Source: an uncultured Bacteroidales bacterium
Lineage (GTDB): Bacteria; Bacteroidota; Bacteroidia; Bacteroidales; UBA932
Reading direction: 5' to 3'
Assembly: GCA_905234285.1 (NCBI GenBank)
Contig: CAJOHK010000001.1
Location: 5,375 to 69,374, forward strand
Length of the DNA: 64,000 bases
Under the pieces are notes generated by a model, which saw nothing but the letters and a program-made list of their open reading frames with translations, searched no databases and was not told the origin of the DNA. Position 1 is the stretch's first letter. Every line of letters starts with the position of its first letter. A program made the translations under genes and the position numbers. Shown in pieces: positions 39,379 to 49,179 of this stretch.

Positions 39379-40528
39379 AATTTTGCCTTCTGTACTCCGC
39401 AGGAGTGCAGCCTTTAAGCTTTTTGAACAAGCGGGAGAGGGTTTTGAGGTCGGGCTCGTCCATGCGGGCGGCCAGGTTGCCGATGGGCTCATCGGTTTCC
39501 AAAAGCTGCCGTGCAAAGAACTCGATTCTTTCGGTAGAAATGTATTGGTAGATGGTGCTTCCGGTAGCTTTGAGGAAGCGCTGTTCCAGCAGACGGCGGC
39601 TCATGGGGACATGCTCCAGCACATCGGCCACATTGATCTTGTGATCCAGGTTGGAATGGATGAAGGTGAGCGCCTTGTACACCTGCCCGTCCTTGGTGGT
39701 AATCATGTTGGACGATTCCCGGGTAACGATTCCCAGGGGCTGCAGGACAATATCCTGGCCCTCGTAGCCGGGGTCGTGCATCATCTGAACGGCCATGGCG
39801 GCAGCCTCGTAGCCTCCACGCTCTATATCCACGTCAATGGAGGTAATGGGTGGATTGGACATGTTGCACAGGATTTCGTCGTTGTCCACGCCTACAATGG
39901 CCACTTCCTGGGGGATGCGCAGGCCCAGGGCGTTGCAGGCTTCGGCCAGGATGACGGCCTGGTTGTCGTCGCAGCAGAAAACACCTATCGGCTTGGGAAG
40001 GGACAGCAGCCAGTCGCGCAGCAGGTCCTGCCGGTAAAACCAGGGGTTTGAAATGCGCTGACGGGAATAGATATGCAAATGATCCCCAAAGCCAGCCTCT
40101 TCCAGATACTGCGTGAATGCGTCGCGGCGGGCATCGCTCCAGCACATGCCGTTGTTTCCAAAGAATGCGAATTCCCTGAATCCGCGCGCCACGCAGCGCT
40201 CGGCGGCCAGTTCGCCGGTTTTTTTATAATCGGCCGTAATGTTGGGGACGCCCTCGAACGGGGTAATGAAATCCTGCGCAAAGACAATGATGCCATTCCT
40301 GCGGAAAATGCCCAGGTCTATTTCCGGGGTGAACTGGCCAATCACCACATCGGCCTTCCACTCCTTGCACCAGGCGATAAACTGCTCTATGGAATATTGC
40401 TCCCTTAACGAGGACGGCATGCGGCACACCGTCCAGTGCTGCTTGGTTTCCTGTGCATACTGATAGATTCCCCGCAGCAGCCGGTAGGGAAAACGCTCAG
40501 AGAAATCGGTGATATATACCAGGCGCAT
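39365..40528 (-). CDS. XylR-like regulator (periplasmic-binding-protein-like sensor + AraC HTH)
   Basis: WLLSLPKPIGVFCCDD, RIPQEVAIVGVDND, SRRLLEQRF and FKK..GCTP.EYR motifs. Confidence 0.9.
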   Translation of the reverse strand: MRLVYITDFSERFPYRLLRGIYQYAQETKQHWTVCRMPSSLREQYSIEQFIAWCKEWKADVVIGQFTPEIDLGIFRRNGIIVFAQDFITPFEGVPNITADYKKTGELAAERCVARGFREFAFFGNNGMCWSDARRDAFTQYLEEAGFGDHLHIYSRQRISNPWFYRQDLLRDWLLSLPKPIGVFCCDDNQAVILAEACNALGLRIPQEVAIVGVDNDEILCNMSNPPITSIDVDIERGGYEAAAMAVQMMHDPGYEGQDIVLQPLGIVTRESSNMITTKDGQVYKALTFIHSNLDHKINVADVLEHVPMSRRLLEQRFLKATGSTIYQYISTERIEFFARQLLETDEPIGNLAARMDEPDLKTLSRLFKKLKGCTPAEYRRQNLRKL

Positions 40529-40531
40529 GGC

Positions 40532-41845
40532 TTACTTCTTGGAAATGAGCCACAGACCGGCCATGGTAAAGAGGCCGTTCATGGGCAGGATCTCGTAGCT
40601 GAAGTGGTAGCCGTTGAACCATTGGACCGAGTTCAGGTCCAGCAGGAGGCACAGAGCGGGGGCCAGGAGGGCCACCAGCGGCACCCACTTGTCTTTGACC
40701 TTCTTTTGGGTGACGAGGCCGAAGGCAAACAGACCCAGGATGGGGCCGTAGCTGTAGCTGGCCAGGCGGTACACGGCGTCTATGACGCTGGTAGAGTTAA
40801 GGGCGCTGAACACCAGGATGCTAGCGGCCATGAGCACGGCCATGCCGGTGTGAATCCACGTGCGCTTGCTGTCCTTGCCACCCAGGATGTCTACGGTAAA
40901 GGAGGTGGTGAGGGCCGTGAGGGCGCTGCCGCCTGCGGGGAAGCCGGCCATCACAAGGCCCACGATGAACAGGGCGGCTACCAGGCCCGAGGCAGGCAGC
41001 ATGCCGCTCCAGGTGACCGCCGGGAACAGCTGGTCGCCTTTGGCGTCTATGCCGTGCAGGGCGGCGTACTGGTACAGGTACACGCCCAGGAACAGGAAAA
41101 GGGCGATGACCACCACCTGCAGGAATACGGAAACGATGAGGTTCTTTTGGGAGTCCCTGACGCTTTTGCAGGCCAGGGTGCGCTGCATCATGTCCTGGTC
41201 CAGGCCCGTGGCGGCTACCACGGTAAACAGGCCGCCCAGCAGCTGCTTCACAAAGAACTGCGGGTGGTTCACGTCGTCAAAATAGAAAACGCGCATCATG
41301 GAGGTGTCGGGCCGGCCCACTTCCCGGGCGATGAGCACCAGGCACAGAACTACCGCCGCCACCATGGTTAGGGTTTTGATGATGTCCAGGCCGATGACGG
41401 CTTTTACGCCGCCCCGTACCGTATACAGCCACTCCAGGAAAACGATGAGGAGCACCGTTACCCAGAAGGGAACGCCTGCCGGGCCGGCCACCAGCAGCTG
41501 CAGGGTAGCAATCATGAGAAAGAGCCGAACGCTGGCGCCCAGCATCTTGGACACAAAGAAGAACCAGGCACCGGTCTTGTGCGAGGCCACGCCAAAACGC
41601 TTGTCCAGGTACTCGTACACCGACACTACATTGAGCTTGAAATACAGCGGCGTAAGGACAAAGGCAATGACCAGATAGCCCAGGATAAAGCCCAGGCACA
41701 TTTGCAGGTAGCCAAAACCGCTGGCGCCCACCATGCCGGGGACCGACACAAAGGTTACGCCGGAGAGGCAGGAGCCAATCATGGCGATGGCCACCTTCCA
41801 CCATGCGGTGGACCGGGTGGCGTAGAAGTCTTGTTTTTTAGCCAT
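40532..41845 (-). CDS. Sodium:solute symporter, SSS family
   Basis: LSGVTFVSVPG, SVYEYLDKRF, GGVKAVI and TGLDQDMMQR motifs. Confidence 0.9.
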   Translation of the reverse strand: MAKKQDFYATRSTAWWKVAIAMIGSCLSGVTFVSVPGMVGASGFGYLQMCLGFILGYLVIAFVLTPLYFKLNVVSVYEYLDKRFGVASHKTGAWFFFVSKMLGASVRLFLMIATLQLLVAGPAGVPFWVTVLLIVFLEWLYTVRGGVKAVIGLDIIKTLTMVAAVVLCLVLIAREVGRPDTSMMRVFYFDDVNHPQFFVKQLLGGLFTVVAATGLDQDMMQRTLACKSVRDSQKNLIVSVFLQVVVIALFLFLGVYLYQYAALHGIDAKGDQLFPAVTWSGMLPASGLVAALFIVGLVMAGFPAGGSALTALTTSFTVDILGGKDSKRTWIHTGMAVLMAASILVFSALNSTSVIDAVYRLASYSYGPILGLFAFGLVTQKKVKDKWVPLVALLAPALCLLLDLNSVQWFNGYHFSYEILPMNGLFTMAGLWLISKK

Positions 41846-41867
41846 TGTTCATCAAAATCAACTTACT

Positions 41868-42194
41868 CTATTCTCCGTTAAGTGTCCTCAAATAGGCCAT
41901 AATTGATTCAATACTAGCCGTAGAAACACCAAGGCTGTCCAATTCGTCAGAAGAAAGGGAAAGTTCATAGACTCCCTCCTTCCGGGAAATCATGGAGGTC
42001 AAAAGAACCATCTCCGAGGTTTGCGCCTGGCGAACGGCTTCCAGAGAATCTAACCCGGCCAGAGAACTCTTGGTTATAACGCGTCCCCAGGAATCTACAG
42101 TAGTAGTCTCGGCTTCCTGCGGGGCAGGGATCTCTTTATAAGAGGCACAGGCGCAGAAGCAAAGAATAAAAAATACTGATAAACGATATTTCAT
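41868..42194 (-). CDS. Small hypothetical lipoprotein
   Basis: MKYRLSVFFILCFCAC lipobox-like signal; packed tightly between neighbours. Confidence 0.65.
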   Translation of the reverse strand: MKYRLSVFFILCFCACASYKEIPAPQEAETTTVDSWGRVITKSSLAGLDSLEAVRQAQTSEMVLLTSMISRKEGVYELSLSSDELDSLGVSTASIESIMAYLRTLNGE

Positions 42195-42204
42195 AATAAA
42201 GTTC

Positions 42205-42771
42205 CTAATCTCGGCTTACAACATAATGAAGAGCAAATCTTCCATTTCGAAAAGACCTCTTCTCCCCATTCGTATTCTCGCCCTCAAATTCGAATTGGCC
42301 AATTATTCGTTGATTATCTTGATCCTGGGAATCTATCTGTATCCAGCCATTATCACTTATACCCACAGCAGATATAAATCCACCAATATCTTGTTTATCT
42401 GGGATTAGCTTCCGAAAACCATTTGAAAAGATGAATCTCTTATTTGTTTGTTGTTCGTCCATAAGCGTTCTGAGAAGCCATGTAAAATACACTTTCTTAC
42501 TACTCCAAAAATCATTTACCGGAGATAAGGGAACGCGATTCAATTCGTACGTAACCATATCAATTTCCCCTCCATCAATAAGCAAAAAGTCATAGTCATA
42601 TGCCAATACAAGGGTCGGAACCTCATGATCCTGTGTTTTGTATTGCTTCCCGTCAATCTCTGCATAAACATAATCTCCAGTAAGTTCATCGGGATTAATC
42701 TTTTGGCACGAGAGGCATAGAATGCCCCAAAAGAAGCCAACGCTTGTTATAAAAAAGCTCTTGACTTTCAT
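42205..42771 (-). CDS. Hypothetical lipoprotein (paralog of 45913-46494)
   Basis: LSCQKINPDELTGDYVYAEIDGKQY; C-terminal GQFEF...NGRF. Confidence 0.75.
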   Translation of the reverse strand: MKVKSFFITSVGFFWGILCLSCQKINPDELTGDYVYAEIDGKQYKTQDHEVPTLVLAYDYDFLLIDGGEIDMVTYELNRVPLSPVNDFWSSKKVYFTWLLRTLMDEQQTNKRFIFSNGFRKLIPDKQDIGGFISAVGISDNGWIQIDSQDQDNQRIIGQFEFEGENTNGEKRSFRNGRFALHYVVSRD

Positions 42772-42773
42772 TT

Positions 42774-45700
42774 CTAGTGAGCTAAAATGATGGGTATAAC
42801 ATATTCTTTCAAAAGCTCATCCTCATATACCAGTGTACGTATCTGGACCGTCAGAGGATATGGCCACTCGCCACTCTGAGGAGAAGGGGGATTTACAAAT
42901 AAAGAAGTTATGAACGGGTCAAGAAAAACGTTGAAACAAAGTTTATCGTTTTCTTCCGAAACATTTGGATAATCATGCCCGTTCACCATCAGAACCGCAT
43001 ATGCCCTATTTCTGATATACGCACGAATCTCTTCCTGATCGCTCTGAACCACAAGCGGGGTATGAGGCATTAACACCTGAAGAGAATTGCCGTTGAAATA
43101 AGTGATTGACTGACCAGGCCGCAGAAAAATAAGAAGCGGTTGCGCTAAAGAAAATTCCTTATAATACGGGATTATGATGGAATAAAGTGGAGTAGTATAA
43201 CCATCGCGGGAAATGCGCAGCGATACTAAAATCTTATCCTGTGCTTCGTTAGGTCTGTCGCCAAGATAACAGCGAAACAGATTATCCGACGTACTCGCAT
43301 ATTTGCTAATAAAATCCATCCCCTCAAAGTCCACTTTCACATACCACTGACAGTAGAACCCATACCATGGATCATGCGCAATGTCATTCAAATCGAAATT
43401 GGGATCAGTGGAAACAGCTTCTACATACACGCCTTGCGCGTCTTCGCCAACCTGCAGCGTAATAGGAGGGATTCCATTATAGGAAGGGAAGGCCTCAACA
43501 AAAACAGTCTTTTGCTTTTTAATGCGGGTACGCCCGGCACCGGTACTCAGGATTACTTTAACTGTTCCATTATGGTGTGCCGTCAATACTCCGTCTTGAC
43601 TAATAGTAGCCACTCCCGAATTGCTGGTAGACCAGGTAGCGCCAGGCGGGTAAGCCCCCGAAAGCGTGAATAAGGCCGTCGTGTCAGTGCAATGGCTGGG
43701 ACCTAGAATCTGACCGGCAGAGATTTGCGATCTGGCGAGGGGCAACTTATTTTTTAAGGCTGTATGTGATTGTGCTTCCGTCGAAGGTCTTTCCAATGCG
43801 TAAGCATCAAACGGCGTCGACAGGGCATAGTTCTGCGTAGAAGTGCTTTCTGACCATCCTGACGACGCTAACGAGCTGGCGCTAGGAACAAACATAAATT
43901 TCTGCGCTGTCGCAAACTCAACATAACCGCCTAGTGCCATGGACAGCAGGACACGAAGGCCCTGATCCAACTGAGCATTCAAATTGTAAACAGATCCCTC
44001 ATAATAATCCAATCTCCGGATATTTCCCGGCTCCGAATAGGAAAAGCTATATGGCGTAATTATTGGGATAGGGAACAATAAAAAAGGAATAATCTTGGTA
44101 TACGTAAAACTAAAATCACACAGATTCTGTGAAGTCCCCGTATCGGGCCTGATGAAAAACTCAATATTCAGAAAAGAAAGCGATGCTGTTATGGATCCTC
44201 TCATGGCTTCCATAAAAGCATAACTGGGCATTCCCAACGCTCCGGCAATAACGTCAATCAAAGGAGCAAGAGCCAACGCCCCGACCGAAGGGGATGCTGC
44301 AACAAGCAATTTTAGATAATACTCATTTCCCACCAACGCGTTGTCCAGACTTATGCTTCCACCATTACTGAAGGCGATGTTGTCCATAGGGAAACCGTCA
44401 TCTCCACGAGGAAGCCCCATTGTGTTAAGGATTGACTGAAACTCATCAAACTTACTATGGTCCAGCGTATTATTCACAGTCACATAATTACAAAGCATTT
44501 GCTGGGCCGATGCTGATAACTGATATTTTCGCAATTCAGCGACAAGGTTTGCTGTTATTAGCTTAATAAACTTGAAATTTTGAAGTGATGATGTGTAGAT
44601 AACATTTAGCACACCATTCAATGCGTAAAGCGCGCCTAGGGGAACGTGAACCCCTTTATGAGGAGCATCGTTGCTGATATAAGCCTGGCATTCATGCACT
44701 CGGTTTTCTAACTCCATTTTCCGCAGCGCATAGCGAACTATCAGCCCGCCCATGCTCTCGCCCAAAATAATATTCCGGTTTGTACTTCCAGCAGAATGCT
44801 TCATGTAGTTAACAAACTGAAGGATGTCTATTAGCAACTCGGCATTGTCCCGGATATCCGCTTCGCTGTTATTCCAGTTGACATAGATGATGTCGTGTAG
44901 AGGGAAAACGTCGCGTACTTTTGAATAAACCGAGCTACTGTTAATCGTTGTATCTGTGTAAGAAATAATATCCGTGAATCCATAATCATCCTTAATATTC
45001 AGCAGTTTTCCCAGTCCAACCGGATCAAATCCTTCCACATAAATAAAAGGGTTTTGAATGGTTTGATTCGTAGAATCGGCATAGGAAATAGCAAGGCCGG
45101 CCGAAATGATAGTTCCGTCCGAAGCTTGACGTTGGATCGTAAGCCGATTAATAGTAGGATGTGCTATATTGGGTTGAGGTGTAATGACGGGTGGTGTAGA
45201 ATACTCCAAAAGGGAGTGGCTATACAAGGTCACGCCTTGCTGCATTGTCAGTTTCACCTTGATTTCTTTAATTCCCTCAGTAGTATAGATAACTGACCGG
45301 CCGCCCTGGGGAAAACTTCTGTAACCCAGACCATCTCCCGGGTCTATTTCCAGTGAGGTATAACTCAAATTGATATTGTCGGAAAACTCCGGAACAAAGG
45401 TAACATTGGAAGTTTTAACAGCATGAGAGGCTGGTGAGATGGCAAAGAAAATATGCTCCTCATAGGGATTGCGCCACGTGCCGTCTTGGTCGAAAACATC
45501 ATATAGGATATCATTTTCTAGCGTAAGGCTTCCATCTGTAAGGGCATCTGCGCGAATCCGATTGTACTTATACAAAGATATCAGTATGGGTATCGTGTTA
45601 TCGTTCAGCGCACTACCATATTCATCTCTCCATGAACGGCCCCTGACATCGGCCGTCCTCATGGTTTCCATGAAAAAAGAATGCGTGAGAACACTGACAT

Positions 45701-45902
45701 AGTTGCTATCACTGAGTTCTGTCCCGTCGAATGACGCCACACTAGCGACCTCCGCAGCCTGGTCCAGAAGGAATCCTGTAGGAATCCTATCCGTTTCCAA
45801 CGCCCCAAAAAGGGATTGAGCCTGTGATGTAAAAGGGAACAGCAGAAATAGAATAATTGAAATATTATAGATAGTTAATCTATTCGTAAAAGAAGTATTC
45901 AT
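42774..45902 (-). CDS. Large secreted alpha/beta-hydrolase (lipase/esterase-like) with an Ig-like domain
   Basis: Signal peptide; PFIYVEGFD, ILGESMGGLIVRYAL (GxSxG) and DAPHKG motifs; TWSTSNSGVATISQDGVLTA (Big_2-like). Confidence 0.75.
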   Translation of the reverse strand: MNTSFTNRLTIYNISIILFLLFPFTSQAQSLFGALETDRIPTGFLLDQAAEVASVASFDGTELSDSNYVSVLTHSFFMETMRTADVRGRSWRDEYGSALNDNTIPILISLYKYNRIRADALTDGSLTLENDILYDVFDQDGTWRNPYEEHIFFAISPASHAVKTSNVTFVPEFSDNINLSYTSLEIDPGDGLGYRSFPQGGRSVIYTTEGIKEIKVKLTMQQGVTLYSHSLLEYSTPPVITPQPNIAHPTINRLTIQRQASDGTIISAGLAISYADSTNQTIQNPFIYVEGFDPVGLGKLLNIKDDYGFTDIISYTDTTINSSSVYSKVRDVFPLHDIIYVNWNNSEADIRDNAELLIDILQFVNYMKHSAGSTNRNIILGESMGGLIVRYALRKMELENRVHECQAYISNDAPHKGVHVPLGALYALNGVLNVIYTSSLQNFKFIKLITANLVAELRKYQLSASAQQMLCNYVTVNNTLDHSKFDEFQSILNTMGLPRGDDGFPMDNIAFSNGGSISLDNALVGNEYYLKLLVAASPSVGALALAPLIDVIAGALGMPSYAFMEAMRGSITASLSFLNIEFFIRPDTGTSQNLCDFSFTYTKIIPFLLFPIPIITPYSFSYSEPGNIRRLDYYEGSVYNLNAQLDQGLRVLLSMALGGYVEFATAQKFMFVPSASSLASSGWSESTSTQNYALSTPFDAYALERPSTEAQSHTALKNKLPLARSQISAGQILGPSHCTDTTALFTLSGAYPPGATWSTSNSGVATISQDGVLTAHHNGTVKVILSTGAGRTRIKKQKTVFVEAFPSYNGIPPITLQVGEDAQGVYVEAVSTDPNFDLNDIAHDPWYGFYCQWYVKVDFEGMDFISKYASTSDNLFRCYLGDRPNEAQDKILVSLRISRDGYTTPLYSIIIPYYKEFSLAQPLLIFLRPGQSITYFNGNSLQVLMPHTPLVVQSDQEEIRAYIRNRAYAVLMVNGHDYPNVSEENDKLCFNVFLDPFITSLFVNPPSPQSGEWPYPLTVQIRTLVYEDELLKEYVIPIILAH

Positions 45903-45912
45903 AGTCTTGTTC

Positions 45913-46494
45913 TTACTCTAGTGGCAAATCATATTTACCATTTCTCACACTTATAGGGGTTCCATCAATTGTGGCATCTATTTCAAATCGTCCAGCCATC
46001 CTGATTCTAGTCTTCTCACTTCCGGTGATGGCGTCAATGGTAATCCAGGCAGAGGTGACATGAGCGGAGCCGTCCACACCAATGAAACTCACGCTTCCTC
46101 CATCAAGTCTTTTACATACTTTTTCTCGTTTTCCCCCGTTTCCATAATAGTATTTTTTAGATACTTGTATATCCTCGTCAAGTAAAGTAAAAGAAAAACC
46201 TATACAGTACCAAGCTTTCTTCTTCGAAAGATTCAAAGACGTAGGCGCAACGCGGGTATCATAAAGAATGAACCTTAATACAGAACCTTCTGGCTCTGTA
46301 AAATATGTTTGAGATACCATTAAGTAGTTCGGCCGAAGTATTACCACTTCGTCTTTATCGAGATATTGCTTCCCGTCAATCTCTGCATAAACATAATCTC
46401 CCGTAAGTTCATCGGGATTCATTTTCTGGCACGATAGGAACAGTATGCCCAAACAGAAGATGGCGGCCGTTTGCAGAATATTCTTATATTTCAT
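45913..46494 (-). CDS. Hypothetical lipoprotein (paralog of 42205-42771)
   Basis: LSCQKMNPDELTGDYVYAEIDGKQY; C-terminal GRFEI...NGKYD. Confidence 0.75.
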   Translation of the reverse strand: MKYKNILQTAAIFCLGILFLSCQKMNPDELTGDYVYAEIDGKQYLDKDEVVILRPNYLMVSQTYFTEPEGSVLRFILYDTRVAPTSLNLSKKKAWYCIGFSFTLLDEDIQVSKKYYYGNGGKREKVCKRLDGGSVSFIGVDGSAHVTSAWITIDAITGSEKTRIRMAGRFEIDATIDGTPISVRNGKYDLPLE

Positions 46495-46541
46495 GTTGAG
46501 CTAAAATGATAGGGATCCCGGTTGCATAGAAGTCTTGTTTT

Positions 46542-47324
46542 TTAGCCATTGTTTTTGAGCTGGTCTTTATAGGCGCGGCCTACGGGAAGAGGCTCCTCGA
46601 TGCCCATGAGCTTTACCTCCGTGGCCGATTGCCTCTGGATGCGCCAAAGGGGCACGACGTACGAGCGATGGATGCGGACAAACTGCCCCGGCGGCAGCAT
46701 CTCCAGGACGTTCTTGAGGGTAATCTGGGACACCACGTCGTCCAGGTGGTCCAGGTGCACGCACACGTAGTTGTTGCGCGACTCCAGATACTGAACGGCC
46801 GAGAGGGGCACGTTCACGGTTTTGTAGCCGGACTTGAGCTGGATGTCCAGGTCGGCCGCCATGGCCTCGTTGCGGCGCAGTTCCAGGGCGGCGCTGGCCG
46901 CGCTAAGGGTTTCTTCTTCCTCCTTGTAGGCCGACAGCAGCGCAACTTTCTGGGAAAACAGGCCCACCGGGAGGCCCACCGACACTACAGCCAGCAGGAG
47001 CACCCACATGGCCCGCACGTGGGGCGCCATGCCATGGCCGGGTTCTACGGTTTCGGGGATCTGCACCTCGGTGAGGGACATCAGGAAGGTGATGGCGCCA
47101 ATGATAAACAGCACGCCCAGCACCGTGATGCGCCCGCGCCTGCCCTGCAGGAGCTGCGGCCCCAGGGCTTTTCGGCACAGAAAATAGACCAAGTACAGCC
47201 ACACGATGTAGGTGAGCACATAGCCGGGATGCCACTGTGCCCACTCCCCCAACGGGAAGAGAAACATCATCCCCGGGAGTAACAGGACCCCGAAGATGAT
47301 GTCTATCCAATACTCGGCTTTCAT
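46542..47324 (-). CDS. Membrane-anchored LytTR-domain regulator
   Basis: About four N-terminal TM segments; YLESRNNYV and FVRIHRSYVV...LPVGRAYK LytTR motifs. Confidence 0.88.
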   Translation of the reverse strand: MKAEYWIDIIFGVLLLPGMMFLFPLGEWAQWHPGYVLTYIVWLYLVYFLCRKALGPQLLQGRRGRITVLGVLFIIGAITFLMSLTEVQIPETVEPGHGMAPHVRAMWVLLLAVVSVGLPVGLFSQKVALLSAYKEEEETLSAASAALELRRNEAMAADLDIQLKSGYKTVNVPLSAVQYLESRNNYVCVHLDHLDDVVSQITLKNVLEMLPPGQFVRIHRSYVVPLWRIQRQSATEVKLMGIEEPLPVGRAYKDQLKNNG

Positions 47325-47330
47325 GCCAAG

Positions 47331-48977
47331 TTAGAATTCGTAGCCGGCGAATTCGATGTCGCGGGTGGCGCGCTCTTTGAGTTCGGCCTTCTTGAAGGCT
47401 TTCTCCAGGTTCTTCTTCACGCCCTCGGCATCGCCTTCACGGGCGCTGATGATGCCCTTGAGATACCAGACCTTGGGATCTCCGCAGTGGGCGGTCTTCT
47501 TGGCCTTCTCCAGCTGGTCGGTGAGGATGTAGGCCAGTACGGAGTTGTGGCAGCAACCCTTGGGCTCGGCCAGCACGCGGGCGGCTTCCTCGTATTCGCC
47601 GGTGAGGATGAGCACCACGCCCAGGTTGGCTTTGGCGTCGTCGGTGGCGGCTTTGCGGAAGAGTTCCTCGGCGGCCTTGAGGTCACCCTTCTGGACAGCG
47701 ACTACGCCCTTGGCGTTGGTCACGTCGGCGTCGGCGGCCTTTACTTTGGCCAGCTCGGCCTCACCCTTGGCGGTTTTGCCTTCCTCCAGATAGAGGGCGG
47801 CCAGGTTGAACTGGGCACGGTCGCTGCCATATTTGGCAATGGCTTTCTTGTAGATGTTCTCCTTCTGGGCATTGTCCTTTACCAGGGAGGCTACGCGCAG
47901 GAGGGCTTCCTCGTCCAGGACGGAGTCGTTGTTCTCCAGGAGGTTCAGGAGTTCCTCGTTGGTGTAGTTCTTATACTCCACGTTGGCGATGAGGCGGGCG
48001 CGGCGGAGTTCCGGCAGGACCTCTCCCTTGAGGGCGGTGTACACCTGGGACATGTTCTTGATCTCGTTCTCACGGACGGCAGGGTCTGAGTACATGGAGA
48101 GGACGCGCAGGATGAGGTCTTTGTCCTCGATGTTGCTTTCCTGCACCAGCTGCTGGAAGCCTTCCCAGTCCTCGCCCACGCTGCGGACTTCCGGCGTGGT
48201 GGCCTCGTGGCCCTTGGTTACCTTGTCCCAGGCCTTGTTGGCGCTGTTGGAACGGTTAGAGGAGAGTTTGTCGTTCAGGTCCTGGGAGCCTTCCGGGGAG
48301 GCATAGGCTACAATCTCGGTGCTGGTAACGGTGGAGCGCTCATCGGCGGCCACTTTGTCCAGGGCGGCCAGGAAGTCCTTCACAGACTGGCCCTTGAGCT
48401 CGCTACCACGGACATCCGAGCTGTTGACCAGGTACTTAATCTGGCCCTCGGTGGTGCTGGAGAGCACTTCCTGGTAATTGTCGGCCTTGGGGCTCACGTG
48501 GAACTGACGCTTGACCAGCATGTAGGTGGTGTTGGCGCCGTCGGCCACTTTGCGGGTGGGAAGGGCGATGCTCTTTTTGCCGGCAATCACTTTGGCGCGG
48601 AGCTCCAGATAGCTCTTCTCCATGCCTTCTACATAGTCAAAGTGCACTTTCTCGGTCACTTTTTGGCCGTCGGAGGAAACCACTTTGTAGTTGTCCTTCA
48701 CTTTCTCGCCCTGGTATTTGAAGGGCTTCATGGCAGCCTCGCCGCCTTCGTATACAATGACGGGGGTAACCTCTACAATAACCTTGGGATTGAAGTAATC
48801 CTTGGGATAGGTTACGCTCACGGTGGCGTCGATGGTCTCATTCACCACCTCCAGAACGGAGGGAACGCACTCCACCTTTACATTCTCGGCCATTTTGGCC
48901 ATCTTTTCCGGGGAAGCGCAAGCGGCGGCCGCCACTGCCAGGCCGGCCACTGCCACGAATTTGAAGAATTTGTTCAT
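47331..48977 (-). CDS. Conserved Bacteroidales TPR-containing lipoprotein
   Basis: AAAC lipobox; AYASPEG...N..LS..R, GEDWEGF and LPELRR motifs; C-terminal TPR-like helices. -7 box TATATTTG at 49001-49008. Confidence 0.8.
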   Translation of the reverse strand: MNKFFKFVAVAGLAVAAAACASPEKMAKMAENVKVECVPSVLEVVNETIDATVSVTYPKDYFNPKVIVEVTPVIVYEGGEAAMKPFKYQGEKVKDNYKVVSSDGQKVTEKVHFDYVEGMEKSYLELRAKVIAGKKSIALPTRKVADGANTTYMLVKRQFHVSPKADNYQEVLSSTTEGQIKYLVNSSDVRGSELKGQSVKDFLAALDKVAADERSTVTSTEIVAYASPEGSQDLNDKLSSNRSNSANKAWDKVTKGHEATTPEVRSVGEDWEGFQQLVQESNIEDKDLILRVLSMYSDPAVRENEIKNMSQVYTALKGEVLPELRRARLIANVEYKNYTNEELLNLLENNDSVLDEEALLRVASLVKDNAQKENIYKKAIAKYGSDRAQFNLAALYLEEGKTAKGEAELAKVKAADADVTNAKGVVAVQKGDLKAAEELFRKAATDDAKANLGVVLILTGEYEEAARVLAEPKGCCHNSVLAYILTDQLEKAKKTAHCGDPKVWYLKGIISAREGDAEGVKKNLEKAFKKAELKERATRDIEFAGYEF

Positions 48978-49080
48978 TTTAATTATTTCTTTTTAGTTTA
49001 CAAATATACAGATTTTCTATTTTGTATGCAATGCTGGCTGGTTCCCTGCCTGGATCGGCTTAACCCACGGTTAGCCACGA

Positions 49081-49179
49081 TCACTTAACTAATTGACTAT
49101 CATTCATTTACGTGTATTCGGTCCGGTTATTTGCCGGACTGGATTTTCATATCTCTCTGATTATCAGCTACATACGTGA
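49081..49179. repeat. Box-hairpin-box element, family A copy 3 (contains the yfhO stop codon)
   Basis: TATTCGGTCCGGTTATTTGCCGGACTGGAT core; boxes at 49086 and 49150. Confidence 0.8.

Larger units (their letters stand above)
41823..46553. mobile_element. Low-GC inserted island bounded by 27-bp direct repeats
   Basis: tagaagtcttgttttttagccattgtt at 41823-41849 and 46527-46553; interior visibly AT-richer than flanks; no integrase inside. Confidence 0.75.
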
